In this document: one piece after another, positions 39,168 through 49,880 of the stretch | Layout of the letters: each line of letters starts with the position of its first letter | Numbering within the stretch: position 1 is the stretch's first letter | Source: a virus | Taxonomy: Duplodnaviria > Caudoviricetes | DNA length: 64,000 nt | Virus record (IMG/VR): IMGVR_UViG_3300042975_000100 | Coordinates: 1 to 64,000 of that record | Strand: one strand, 5' to 3' | Notes under the pieces: generated by a model | What the model was told of the DNA's origin: nothing | Seen by the model: only the letters and a program-made list of their open reading frames with translations | Databases searched by the model: none | Made by a program: the position numbers and the translations under genes

Positions 39168-39932
39168 ATGTCAATGAATAGAATGACTTCTCTTCTTAAC
39201 AAGATAGAGCGTCGACTTGGTACAAAGCCTCTGGGCTTGCCAGATCATTTGACTAAACCTGTATGGGCAACAGATATCATAGCCAACGATACATTAGATA
39301 CATTCAGTAGATACTTTCCTCATGCAATACCATACGTCTTAACACCAGAAAGACGTAAAGGAGAATGCTGGCTTATAGATGAGAACTTATGTGATTCTAT
39401 AGTTATCCTTGGATGTGGAGATATTGACTGGCATGCATTCAGCACGAACAATCCTTCATCTGTAACGTGTGGCGGTATGTATACGCCATTGGATATGCTT
39501 ACATCTGACTATGATGTAGAAGATGTAATGATGCAGCAGATGCTTGCAGATCATACATCCATATTCAAAACCAGTATATATCCTGAGTTCTTTGAACCGA
39601 ATATGATTAAGATGCATAGTATCGTTTCTAATAACAATCTTAACGTTCTTCAGAACATTCCAATCAGATTGTTTGTAAAGCATAGTGAAAATCTTATGAC
39701 TATTCCTGCAATGAAGATGGAACTGTTTGAAGGATTGGCTACTGCAGATGTAGCAGGATTCTTGTATGAGAATCTTAAGAATTATACTATTGATACCGTG
39801 TATGCTAATATCGATATCAAAGTAGATGAGCTTAAGGATAAAGCTTCTGAACGTGAGAAATACGTAGATGAACTTAAAGAAAGCTTCGTATCCTTCAGCA
39901 ATCACTATCAGCCAATGGTAATAGCAATGTAA
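39168..39932 (+). CDS. Virion structural protein, probable neck protein (T4 gp13-like)
   Basis: LLNKIERRLG...TLDTFSRYFP N-terminus resembles gp13-like neck proteins; TACA-N6-TA upstream. Confidence 0.55.
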   Translation: MSMNRMTSLLNKIERRLGTKPLGLPDHLTKPVWATDIIANDTLDTFSRYFPHAIPYVLTPERRKGECWLIDENLCDSIVILGCGDIDWHAFSTNNPSSVTCGGMYTPLDMLTSDYDVEDVMMQQMLADHTSIFKTSIYPEFFEPNMIKMHSIVSNNNLNVLQNIPIRLFVKHSENLMTIPAMKMELFEGLATADVAGFLYENLKNYTIDTVYANIDIKVDELKDKASEREKYVDELKESFVSFSNHYQPMVIAM

Positions 39933-39974
39933 AAGAAAAAAATAAAAGGGAAGGCACTACGCCTTCCCTGATAT

Positions 39975-40574
39975 TTATAATTTCATTGCTTTGACCACAT
40001 CAGAGATCCTCCGCTTGCCAATAGTAGTTATATCGATGACATTTGTTCCAATATAACCAGCCTCTGTATACGAGTTGAGTCTCTCTTGGTAGATCTCATT
40101 TTCCTTGAACTTATACGGATCTACTTCTTCCCCACGTTCAGCTTTCTCTTTCCTTCTCTTAGCGATAAAGGAATTCACCGTATCCATATCAGGATGTAGC
40201 CAGATGACTCGGCTCGGATCTACTTGAGCATTCAGCTTAGTGCTCATTTTGATGCATAGATCCCTGAAGAACTTCAATTGCTCTTCCGTAATATATCCAC
40301 AACTCTCCAGTGCAGCGGCTTGAGCCAGCGTATCCATTTGAGACCTGATAAAGATAATCTTCTTATCAGGATTGCATTTGGCTATCTGATTAGCCCTGAC
40401 CATATGAGCTATGTTCTTATCAAGAGATACAAGCAGCGAAACGAACTTATCTTTGACCTTACCACATTTGAGTCCATCAGCTGGAATACATTCACGCTCT
40501 TCCACTAAATACTTCTTGAGCGTGCTCTTCCCAGCTCCGTGAATACCACTAATGATCCATACATTTTTCTCCAT
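39975..40574 (-). CDS. Deoxynucleotide monophosphate/thymidylate kinase-like P-loop kinase
   Basis: ISGIHGAGKST, IIFIRS, PSRVIWL, IAKRR lid. Confidence 0.7.
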   Translation of the reverse strand: MEKNVWIISGIHGAGKSTLKKYLVEERECIPADGLKCGKVKDKFVSLLVSLDKNIAHMVRANQIAKCNPDKKIIFIRSQMDTLAQAAALESCGYITEEQLKFFRDLCIKMSTKLNAQVDPSRVIWLHPDMDTVNSFIAKRRKEKAERGEEVDPYKFKENEIYQERLNSYTEAGYIGTNVIDITTIGKRRISDVVKAMKL

Positions 40575-40591
40575 TTATAAATCCCCTTTGT

Positions 40592-41314
40592 TTAGTCTTC
40601 AAAGAATGAACGCTTGCCTGACTTCATAAACGTTCTTCCCTTCTTAGCAGTCATGTTATCCTCTACATTCTGCTTGGACGTCATGTCATACATATTCGTC
40701 CCAAATGCTGGTCTACCGATATATGTACTAGCATTTTGTGAGTACAAGAACATATTCGCATTATTTAAACACTCTATCAAGCCAGACCACTTCTTCATAT
40801 TCATCAGTACATAGAGATTAGGATTTCCTAATGTAACTCGTACTGCAGCTGATGTACTTCCATTGAAATTCTCAACTACATCAGGAGTGAATACTAAATA
40901 CTTATTCAATGCCAATCCAGTTATCTCTAATGGCTCTTGAACTTTACGCACATGAACATTTCCTTTGCTGACCACGTATATCTCTTTGAAGTGATCAACT
41001 ATATGAAGTTCCATATCTTCAACGGCTTTTCTCAGCATTCGTATATCCTCATTACGTATCATAACGAATCCCTTTTCTCCGTTGACGGGATGAGATTGCT
41101 CGAAACTGATGTATGAATCGAACTTTCTCTTTATATTGACCAACTTAGAATTGGTAGATTCATTATAATACTGAACTTCTGAATGATAATAGGATCTACC
41201 GAATTTTTCAGACTCACTATAGAGTCTCATATTGAATAGAAGGTTGGCATTCTTCCCCAGGTTCATCATCACATCTGAGATCTTATTATAGTTCTCGAAT
41301 GTTAATTCTTGCAA
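40592..41314 (-). CDS. Hypothetical protein
   Basis: AAGGAGGTG RBS, then TTG at 41314. Confidence 0.75.
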   Translation of the reverse strand: MQELTFENYNKISDVMMNLGKNANLLFNMRLYSESEKFGRSYYHSEVQYYNESTNSKLVNIKRKFDSYISFEQSHPVNGEKGFVMIRNEDIRMLRKAVEDMELHIVDHFKEIYVVSKGNVHVRKVQEPLEITGLALNKYLVFTPDVVENFNGSTSAAVRVTLGNPNLYVLMNMKKWSGLIECLNNANMFLYSQNASTYIGRPAFGTNMYDMTSKQNVEDNMTAKKGRTFMKSGKRSFFED

Positions 41315-41385
41315 TTTCACACCTCCTTTACAAAATAAAAAGAGGGGATGATTTTTCACCCCCTCCTTCTACCTTTGATCGATGA

Positions 41386-42654
41386 TTATGCTACCTTTTT
41401 GCTAGCCGCCTTCTCAGCTTTCTTCTTGGATTCAGCAAGGAACTTTTCCAGCTCCTCATTGTTTACATCCTTGCGGAAGAACTGAGACCAGCTCTTGTCT
41501 CCAGTGATTGCAATGCCCCAACGAACATCGCCATAGCCGAAGAGTAATAAATTAGGATTACTGTTCGGTCCAAGATCGAGCTTATGCTCGAACTTTTCCT
41601 TATGGCCTTTCAACACAAACTCCAACTCACGCTGAATAGCCTTGAAGATCTTCGTCTTCACTGCCATGTCTACTCCGTTTAGTACCGTATCAAGAGACTC
41701 CTTGGTAATGTACTGATAAATGAACTTCGGATCGACGATTATCATCGCCGTCTTTTCGTTCTTTACGAACTTAGGCATGACGATCTTGACAAGTTCAAAG
41801 ACCATCGCCTCAAGCTTCTTCTCGTCTTCAAGCTCATTGGCTTTTTTGATGCCGGCTTTCTTGAAAGCCTTGCTGAGATTCTTGATATCGGCAAAGGCAT
41901 TTTTGACCTCCGGCTTCTTGCCAATTTCTTCCATCTCCTTCACCGTTACCCCAAGCATTTTGGCAATCTTATCGGAAATTGCAGGATCGCTGTCCAGCTT
42001 GGTCATTGCTGCTTCTACGGCTTTGAGATCGATACTATCAGCATCTTTCATACCGGCTTTGTCATCGGCCTTTGATTTTTCATCGAAGATAAGATGCATG
42101 ACGTCCAACTTTGTTGGAGCGCCACCGTGAACCTGCTGGAATCCAGCCTTATCATCTTTATGAGAGACGATAACCTCCCTGGACGTTTCAATACCCTCTT
42201 TCCAGAGATTGAATTCGTCCATGGTTTTAAATTCCTTGACTCCGGATGGGAGGTTCACAGTAACCTTTCCAGTCTTTTTGTCAAGATGGCATTTAACCTT
42301 CTCCGTCTTTTTAGACGGTTCAGGCTCTTCCTTCTTTTCGATGTCTACCATCGTCGGAAGGAACTGCTTAAGTGATTTCTCAAACAGTTTCAATGCCGGG
42401 TTATTCTTTGAGGAAATAATGTCATCTCCATCAAAGATTTTAGATTCCGATCCAAGCTGAACCTGCTCGAACCCCTCGATTCCTTTCCATACATGGATAG
42501 GAACCACCCAGCCATTACACATGGCTTTAATAGCATCCTTGCTAAAATACCATCCTGCTTTTGCATACTCTGTGAAGGAACCGCCATCGATTCCTTTTAC
42601 TGCTTCCAGATATGCTGCGATCTCTTTTTCGTTTTTCTTTACCATTGTTGACAT
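41386..42654 (-). CDS. Lys/Glu-rich hypothetical early protein
   Basis: AGGAGG RBS before ATG 42654; TATATTAT at 42711. Confidence 0.8.
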   Translation of the reverse strand: MSTMVKKNEKEIAAYLEAVKGIDGGSFTEYAKAGWYFSKDAIKAMCNGWVVPIHVWKGIEGFEQVQLGSESKIFDGDDIISSKNNPALKLFEKSLKQFLPTMVDIEKKEEPEPSKKTEKVKCHLDKKTGKVTVNLPSGVKEFKTMDEFNLWKEGIETSREVIVSHKDDKAGFQQVHGGAPTKLDVMHLIFDEKSKADDKAGMKDADSIDLKAVEAAMTKLDSDPAISDKIAKMLGVTVKEMEEIGKKPEVKNAFADIKNLSKAFKKAGIKKANELEDEKKLEAMVFELVKIVMPKFVKNEKTAMIIVDPKFIYQYITKESLDTVLNGVDMAVKTKIFKAIQRELEFVLKGHKEKFEHKLDLGPNSNPNLLLFGYGDVRWGIAITGDKSWSQFFRKDVNNEELEKFLAESKKKAEKAASKKVA

Positions 42655-42749
42655 AATTAACCTCCTATAAATATACAGTTTACTTATACTATTGATCATC
42701 GATCACTGTTATAATATATCATTGAAATTAATTACTCTTACAAATTATC

Positions 42750-43010
42750 TTATGCATCTACAAGAGCGAATTCTACACTTACTTTACTAAGTTTAACAGA
42801 AACGTAAATCTTAGTTTGACGCAGTTCAGTAATCAAAGTAAGGGGTGTATTTTCCCTCATATAGATGGCAGCCTCATTATCGATATTCTCATCTTTGATC
42901 AGAAGTTCATTAGCAAGTTTAATTACTTTATTAGCTCTGATTAATCTCCATGCATTTCTGGTATTAAGCTGTCTCATAAGCTCAGCTAGTAGATCGAACT
43001 TTTCTTTCAT
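42750..43010 (-). CDS. Hypothetical protein
   Basis: 86 aa, AGGGGG RBS. Confidence 0.6.
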   Translation of the reverse strand: MKEKFDLLAELMRQLNTRNAWRLIRANKVIKLANELLIKDENIDNEAAIYMRENTPLTLITELRQTKIYVSVKLSKVSVEFALVDA

Positions 43011-43088
43011 TTCTATTCCCCCTGGATATAGACAATAAGTACCCCATATCCAATTAAGGATATGGGGTATTATCTTGCTTTGTGTGGA

Positions 43089-43358
43089 TTAAAGGTACTT
43101 CTTAATGATCAGTACATAAGCCGGGTCCATGTACTCAGATTTGATCATTTTCTTCAGGAACTTCTTACCATTCGTAAGCTCAGCGATATGCTTTGCTTTC
43201 ATGGAAACAAGTCCATTTACATTCGGACGAACAACAAGCTTCAGAAGAGTATCCTGAGCTTTTGCAAGAGCAAGGTGCTCTTCAACCCGTACACGGTTAG
43301 CAGCGCTCTCAGCCAAATATTCGTCGAGTGCTTTCAGAAAATCTGCTTTCTTAGCCAT
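43089..43358 (-). CDS. Hypothetical late protein
   Basis: GGAGG RBS, AACT-N6-TA at 43429-43440, biased codons. Confidence 0.75.
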   Translation of the reverse strand: MAKKADFLKALDEYLAESAANRVRVEEHLALAKAQDTLLKLVVRPNVNGLVSMKAKHIAELTNGKKFLKKMIKSEYMDPAYVLIIKKYL

Positions 43359-43454
43359 TTTCTTTCCTCCATTTAAAATCAGGATATGATTTCATATCCC
43401 TTAATTTAGTAAGGGGTTATCCCCTAATTACTCTTAAGTTATAAGTTTTGTAAA

Positions 43455-45986
43455 TTATAACGTCAAAAGATTAGTGTATGGGATATTACCATTACCAAGG
43501 GTATTGATGCCTACTTCATCAGTTGGGAATCCTTTAAGATTATCATTAATGATATTATCGTAATCAATAAATCTAATGATCCATTCAGGAATAGGATCGC
43601 CAAACTGAATAGCTATTGAAGTGATTCCAGCTTTATACTCTTTAGCAGAAAGAAGTTCTACTGCTTTTTTATACATAGCAGGATCATCGTTCTTGATATC
43701 TTCTACTGTTTTCTTATCAAGTTTAGTCTTAATAATCAGAAGACTATTTCTCTTCTCAAGATCGATAGGATCGGAATCTACAGGGCGTAAGGTGTTATAT
43801 GCATATGCTGCTTTTATACCCTGAATTCTCATTGGCATTGCATATGAAGTCATTGGTTTGATCCGTGCTGGTTTATGATAAGTGGTTTCACCGCTCACCA
43901 GAGATTTGAAAATCTTCTTTTCCAGTACAGCCAAGCTGTTAAGAATCTTCATCTGATCCACACCAGTCTCAGAATCAAGAATCTCTTCAAAGAGAATTCT
44001 CTTAAGCTCATCAGCAGTTGACTTAGGTGTACCGGCTTTATCCAATTCCAATCCTGTTACCGATAATGCTGCACTCTTAGGAACCATGTTTCCTTCCTGA
44101 ACCAATGTATTAGCAGCATAATGTTTCTTTACATACGTAAGAAGGATGGACTTAAACAGGAATTCATTCTTCATAATTAATAAGCATTTTCTTCCAGGAC
44201 TGGAGGAATAATGTTTATCGCAGAAGTTACGCATGTAATCGAGAATAAGCTGACTGATGGTATATGACATAATATCTATAATCGAGCATCTGAGTCCATC
44301 TTGTGGAATAAGCTTTAGCGGTTCTACCGCACGATGAGTAGCTACAAGCTTATCGTTATAGAAATCATAGTCATAATCAAAGTCGATTAATTCCACTACC
44401 TTCTTTTTAGGCATATCTCCAAACTCATCAGCTTCTATGAGTTTAATGATATCATACTTCTGGTGCTTGATAGCCATATCAATTCCCTTAGTTTTTTCTG
44501 CTAAGAACTGATACCATGCTTCAAGAGAGATTATGCAAGAATCTGTATCTACGATCAACACTGTATCTCTCGGCATAGTCTCTATGCGATCAAGCTTATC
44601 CAAAGTGATATACTCGTAATACACATATTCTTTTACCCATGCTAAGAAGATATTCATATGATCTTTAATCTCTTCTGGAACCTTATTAGGATTCAAGAAT
44701 GGAGTTTTTAAGGTCATAAGCATAGAGACAAGAAATGAATTTACCTTTTTATTTTCACAGAACTCAAACAGATTATTCTTGTAATAGATTCTGTTCAAAT
44801 CTTCCTGTGATACTCGGCTAAGCATATCCCAGATTATCATGGCTTCCTTCTCACTCGGAACCCACATATAACCGGTTGTTGCCATTATCTTATAGAAACA
44901 CTTCGTAAGACTTATATTCTCATCGATGATATCATTGTCATTAAGCTTTCTTATTGCTTTTTCCATTCTGATATTATCGATGAATGTTACTACCTCATCC
45001 AGAGAACCAAACTGAACATTATTCGCTAAGAATGATTCAAAGAATGTAATTGATGCCGAGATAATACTCTTACCCATAGTTGTAATACTCGGCGCTACAT
45101 GTAAATTGAAGAACACCGAAGACGGTGCCCCGAACGTTCCATATACGAAATCTTAAGATAGGTCTACTGTGGATATCCACTCATTACCTATCCCTCTATT
45201 GCTAGAGCTTGATCTTTTCGATCAATGTCGAGACTATATCTTCAACTCTAGATTCCTCTAGAGCTGGGTGGCACTTTCAACCCGTTTGGGCCGTACTTCC
45301 TTTCGGAATAGTCGTTGAACCTTCAAAAAATGTAATCTTTGAATTTGATACTGATTACAATTTAAGCTTGGCTGCTGATTGCCCATTGTACAAAGCACTT
45401 AGAGTTACTATCCCCATATGCTATCTTATAGTTTGTTTCTGCATTTCGCGACCTTTATAAGGTACTATAAGCTTTAGGACTTCCCAGCAATTCACTCACC
45501 TTTTCGACGACCCTCGCGAGCCGAAGGACCTATTGCTCTTTCGAACGTCAAGCCATTCATATCAATCTTTGCTAACAACTGCAGCAGATTGTATTTGTTA
45601 AACATCTCCGTACCTTTAGGATACTTGAACATCTCATTCTTGTATTTGGTACGTAAGTCTGCAAGACTTTCAATGAAGTTATAGTATGGGTTTACTACAT
45701 CTCCATGTCTTGCAAAGAGAACACCATATGCAGTGATGATCGGCTTTTTACTAGATATATAATCCACCATCTGCTTAAGTGTCGATGTAACCTCTTTGTT
45801 TTTGTAGTTATTCAAGAGAGTGCAATCTGCATCCTTGAATCTCTTTTCCATAGAGAAGTCTATCACCTTTGCGATTTCATCTTCCAATAAAGATGGAAAT
45901 GCAAGTTTAAGACTTCGCATCATGACGTTTTTGTACTCTTTAAGCGGGTCGTCATCCCGCAGCCCAAGATTAAATAGTTCAGCCAT
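43455..45986 (-). CDS. Family B DNA polymerase, catalytic (C-terminal) segment, spliced: exon 1 45986-45551, exon 2 45145-43455, 708 aa
   Basis: Splicing restores motif B QLLAKIDMNGLYG; motif C IVDTDS; KKHY and GLELDK follow. No exonuclease motifs or motif A are visible. Confidence 0.9.
45146..45550 (-). ncRNA. Group I self-splicing intron, 405 nt, no homing endonuclease ORF
   Basis: P GAAUUGCUGGGAA, Q AAUCAGCAGCCAAG, R GUUCAACGACUA, S AAGAUAUAGUCU; P1 GAAUGGCU/GGUCCUUC with U-G at the splice site; terminal G at 45146. Confidence 0.93.
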
Positions 45987-46139
45987 TTGTCTATGTTCCT
46001 CCTTATAATTGATTACTACCTTGTGAAGACCGGTCTAAAAAACTATAGTTACCTCCTTCAAGTATATAATATATAATAGAGATTATCATTGTTCTAAATT
46101 TCAGTTATGTATAATATAAGTGAATAAAGAATATGCGAC

Positions 46140-46182
46140 ACAGAAAATCCCTCTACCACTCACAATGGTAGAGGAATATCTG
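46140..46182. repeat. Dispersed palindrome family (copy 3)
   Basis: ACAGAAAATCCCTCTACCA-ctcacaa-TGGTAGAGGAATATCTG. Confidence 0.75.
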
Positions 46183-46214
46183 CTGTCACGATTCTAGGAA
46201 GAGAGGTGACAATT

Positions 46215-46370
46215 GTGAACCATTCAGAGTTCTTGCCTAATTACATAGACAAGCATGGACCTGGCAAAGATGCAAAGTTTGATTCGAAAGAATCAGCTTT
46301 CGCCAGCATGTGGGATTTAATTTCCGCTGCCCAGGCGGCTTGGAAAAAAGAAATCTCGTTATCCCTGTAA
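46215..46370 (+). CDS. 51-aa small protein not in the ORF track
   Basis: GAGGTG RBS, GTG start, MNHSEFLPNYIDKHGPGKDAKFDSKESAFASMWDLISAAQAAWKKEISLSL, terminator at about 46401-46432. Confidence 0.6.
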   Translation: MNHSEFLPNYIDKHGPGKDAKFDSKESAFASMWDLISAAQAAWKKEISLSL

Positions 46371-46567
46371 GACGCTTACTTAGATAATTGAGATTTGAAA
46401 AGAAGGGAGCCGAAGCAACTCCTTTCTTTTTTATTCAATATGTATATCTTATTATTTTTTCTTAATCGTAGCCAACCCTGTGCTAATTTTACTGTTTAAA
46501 CATAAAAATAATCTACGGTAGTAGAAAACTAAATAGGCCTATTTAAAATATAAAGGAGGAAAATTCA

Positions 46568-46999
46568 ATGTTTATTGAAGGAAAGAATTCTGCTGTTCAG
46601 GTGGAAGGCACCGGTGTTGCCGATGAATCTGAGCTTAGAGGTTATATCTTCGAGAGCGCTGTATCTGCTATGCCGGATGAGGCTCGTAAAGCTTATCTGG
46701 AAAGCGAAGAGTGTAAAGCCGCTGTTGACGAGGGTGTTGTTGGGCGTCGTTCCATTATGCGTCTGAACAAAGCTGATGATCTGACCCGTCGTACGAAACT
46801 TGCTTGCCTGCAGAAAGCAAAGGAAGACAATACGGCAGAGTGGCAGCAGCTGCGTAAAGTTCAGGCTAAACGCAAAGCTCTTCTGGCGAAGATCGCGATG
46901 AAGTATCAGAGTCGTGTACAGCGTGATGCTATTAAGGCTCAGCGTGCTATGCTGAAGGTAACTCCTAATGCATTCACTGCTCCACTGAAGTTTAACTGA
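46568..46999 (+). CDS. Highly expressed late (virion) protein
   Basis: Late motif at 46499, AAGGAGG RBS, strong codon bias, IFE/VDE motifs. Confidence 0.8.
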   Translation: MFIEGKNSAVQVEGTGVADESELRGYIFESAVSAMPDEARKAYLESEECKAAVDEGVVGRRSIMRLNKADDLTRRTKLACLQKAKEDNTAEWQQLRKVQAKRKALLAKIAMKYQSRVQRDAIKAQRAMLKVTPNAFTAPLKFN

Positions 47000-47071
47000 T
47001 GTGAAGGTGGGGAGGACTTCGGTCCTCCTCTTTCCTTTCGTTAGAATTTTAAGTATTCTTAACATTATGGT

Positions 47072-47160
47072 AGTGAATACTTTTTTGCCATGAAAGGTAT
47101 ACGCTCCTTAATTTATTATAACCTGATATCCGGGATGGGTCTAGGCTCATCCTGGATACC
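47072..47160 (+). ncRNA. Candidate late small RNA with anti-AUG loop and anti-SD sequence
   Basis: AACA-N6-TA at 47061, 5' hairpin with UGCCAU loop, CUCCUU, 3' hairpin; no ORF. Confidence 0.5.
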
Positions 47161-47225
47161 TGTGCAATTTCGATTTGAAGGATATATTATAGTATTGGTA
47201 AGCAAATATTCTATGGAGGTACAAG

Positions 47226-47555
47226 GTGAAAATAGGTATGACTATTGCTAGCAAGATTGATTCATTTGGATCAAAAGCAAATTTTAAAGAATTCGAGGTG
47301 CATCTTAGAGAAAAAGAAGATGGATATAAGTCTATCTTAGTTGCTGCTAAGACTACGTCAGCAAGAGCATTGATTACCAATGCCAACTCATTGAATGATA
47401 CAGCCTATAAAATGATGGCTGGGGTTATACGTAACATAAAACCCGATGAGAAAAGATTAATCACAATGGCTAGAAATAGCAAGGTGGTATTAGTCCGTGG
47501 AGGATATGAGAAATGTGCGGATTTAATTGACAAATTCGTTACAGCACTATTGTAA
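47226..47555 (+). CDS. Hypothetical early protein
   Basis: TATATTAT at 47183, GGAGGT RBS. Confidence 0.7.
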   Translation: MKIGMTIASKIDSFGSKANFKEFEVHLREKEDGYKSILVAAKTTSARALITNANSLNDTAYKMMAGVIRNIKPDEKRLITMARNSKVVLVRGGYEKCADLIDKFVTALL

Positions 47556-47620
47556 GTTTTGAATAGTATTCCAACTTCTAATTAACCTAATATAGGGATA
47601 ATAACTTAAGGAGGATAATA

Positions 47621-49756
47621 ATGGTTGCATCAAATGAAGTAGTATATTTTATGTATGCAGAATTATTAGAAACTGGTCACATGGCAATTAAGACCAGTGA
47701 GATCAACAGATCCACATGGCAGGATCATTATGATGGTATCATGAATCTCATGAAAGATCATATTGAAACGGAGCAGTTGCAGAGCAGCTTTGTTACTGTT
47801 GACTTTGGTAATGGGGATATTGTAGAGTTGTCTGTAATCGATCTCTATATAAATCTCATTATGTGGTATCCACTTGTATCATTGAATATTCCGATCACCG
47901 GTGAGCATTTGTATTTCAATGAATGCGAAACCCAGGATACGATTAAGAATTTCTTTGATACGTATATCATCGAAAGGTATCGTCAGTATATTGATAACAC
48001 AGTGCTGAACAATATCCTCGACGATGCAGTACATAAGTTGATTGAGACAGATGCATTTGGTATGTATCTGGCTAACACAATCAATTTAAAAGATACGATT
48101 GAACTTATGCAGGCCAATCCTGAGTTCAATAACATTCTTCATACAAGTTTGGCTAATATGCCAATGGAAGATGTTAAAGAGATCGGTATGCAGTTGACTA
48201 ATCGTAGTATTGATATTATCAAAGATGCTAAGAAGTATATTGGTCATGATCACTGTCTGGCTAATAGCTTTAGAGCTCAACAGGGTATCAATATTCGTCA
48301 GTTCAAAGAGTTCCTTTTGAATATTGGTTCCAAACCTAATGGTATGGGTGGTGTTCATCCATCTATTATTGATGGATCTTATGTCGGTGGAGCACTGAAC
48401 AGCATCCTGGCTCAGTTCATTGATTCTAGTGCTTCTCGTGTAGCACAGATTCAGACTAAGGGTAACACTGGTGAATCTGGTAAGTTTGCACGAGTATTAG
48501 GCTTAAATAATATCGATAGTGATATTATGCAAGACCCTGACTATGATTGTCACACAAAGAATTTTATCGTACTTCAGATTGTTGATAAGAAGCACTTTGA
48601 AGAGCTGATCGACCGTTACTATAGATTCGATCCTGATGGTATCGATCATCTGATCACTCCTAAGGATACATTCTTGATTGGTAGAATCATTTATCTGAGA
48701 TCTCCGATGACTTGTGCATCTAGTGCACGAGGCCATGGCGTTTGCCATAAATGTTATGGTGAACTTGCTTATACAAATCGGCACATCAAAGTCGGTAAGT
48801 ATGCAGCTGAGAAGTTATCTGCAGAGATTACTCAGCGACAGTTGTCGGCAAAGCATCTGCTTGAAACCATCATTAAGAAATTAACTTGGTTTGGTGGGTG
48901 GGATAGATTCCTTGCTGTAAATATGAATATCATTCAGCTTAGCAAAGAAGCTATCATCAAGAAGAATACATTCCTTATCATAGATCCAGAGTCGATCGAT
49001 TATGTGAATGAGGATGATTATGATACTGATGGCGACATCAGCACTACAGATGAATATAATGAGTATATCACTGAGTGCCGTGTTGAAACCCCTGAAGGAG
49101 AATCAGTAATCATTGGTACTGAGAATAAGGATAAACTTTATCTCAGTAATGAACTTAAGAGTTATATGACTCATTTCGGTAAAAGAACAGAGGATGGACT
49201 TATCTCTATCGATCTGTTCCATATCTATAATGAGAATGATGAGTTCAGCTTCTTCCTGCTCGATCTGGACAATAACGAGCTTAGTAAGACCCTTGATGAT
49301 ATCAGAAATCTCATCGATCTTAAACCTGTAGTGCAGTCTCATAATAAAGACAGTATTCTGCAGGAGATGCTTAGACTCGTAATCGAAGGTAAACTTCATA
49401 TCATGTCTGTGCATCTTGAGATGCTTCTTATGGATCAGATCAGAGACGCTGATAATGTATTGGAAAAACCTGATTGGAGTAAGAAGAATGCTCCGTATCA
49501 GCTTCTGACGCTGAATCAGTCTCTTCTCAAGAATCCGAGCGTTACAGTAACGTTACTTTATCAGTATTTGAGCAAGGTACTTTACAATCCGTTGACGTTT
49601 AAGAAACATGCTCCATCCAGACTTGATCTGTTCTTCATGAAACAACCTCAGCAGTATCTCTCTAATCAGAGCAATATTGCTGAAACAAAACCAGTCAACA
49701 CCGGAAAGACTAGGGTAATCACGAAGTATAGAGTTCCTGGAGAGCCAGATTGCTAA
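47621..49756 (+). CDS. rpoC: RNA polymerase beta-prime C-terminal subunit (non-virion RNAP, AR9 gp154-like)
   Basis: GSKP, bridge-helix region ESGKFARVL, zinc site RSPMTC...GVCHKCYG, trigger loop TQRQLSAKHLLET, DNNELSK, SVHLE. Confidence 0.9.
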   Translation: MVASNEVVYFMYAELLETGHMAIKTSEINRSTWQDHYDGIMNLMKDHIETEQLQSSFVTVDFGNGDIVELSVIDLYINLIMWYPLVSLNIPITGEHLYFNECETQDTIKNFFDTYIIERYRQYIDNTVLNNILDDAVHKLIETDAFGMYLANTINLKDTIELMQANPEFNNILHTSLANMPMEDVKEIGMQLTNRSIDIIKDAKKYIGHDHCLANSFRAQQGINIRQFKEFLLNIGSKPNGMGGVHPSIIDGSYVGGALNSILAQFIDSSASRVAQIQTKGNTGESGKFARVLGLNNIDSDIMQDPDYDCHTKNFIVLQIVDKKHFEELIDRYYRFDPDGIDHLITPKDTFLIGRIIYLRSPMTCASSARGHGVCHKCYGELAYTNRHIKVGKYAAEKLSAEITQRQLSAKHLLETIIKKLTWFGGWDRFLAVNMNIIQLSKEAIIKKNTFLIIDPESIDYVNEDDYDTDGDISTTDEYNEYITECRVETPEGESVIIGTENKDKLYLSNELKSYMTHFGKRTEDGLISIDLFHIYNENDEFSFFLLDLDNNELSKTLDDIRNLIDLKPVVQSHNKDSILQEMLRLVIEGKLHIMSVHLEMLLMDQIRDADNVLEKPDWSKKNAPYQLLTLNQSLLKNPSVTVTLLYQYLSKVLYNPLTFKKHAPSRLDLFFMKQPQQYLSNQSNIAETKPVNTGKTRVITKYRVPGEPDC

Positions 49757-49880
49757 TCTATATGTAAGAGATATTAAGGCTGCTCATCCGGGCAGCCTTT
49801 TTATTTTTTCTGACATTTCAATAAAAATGATGGGTATCTTATCCATCCTCTACCTTTATACAAGCAAAGGGGAAATGAAC

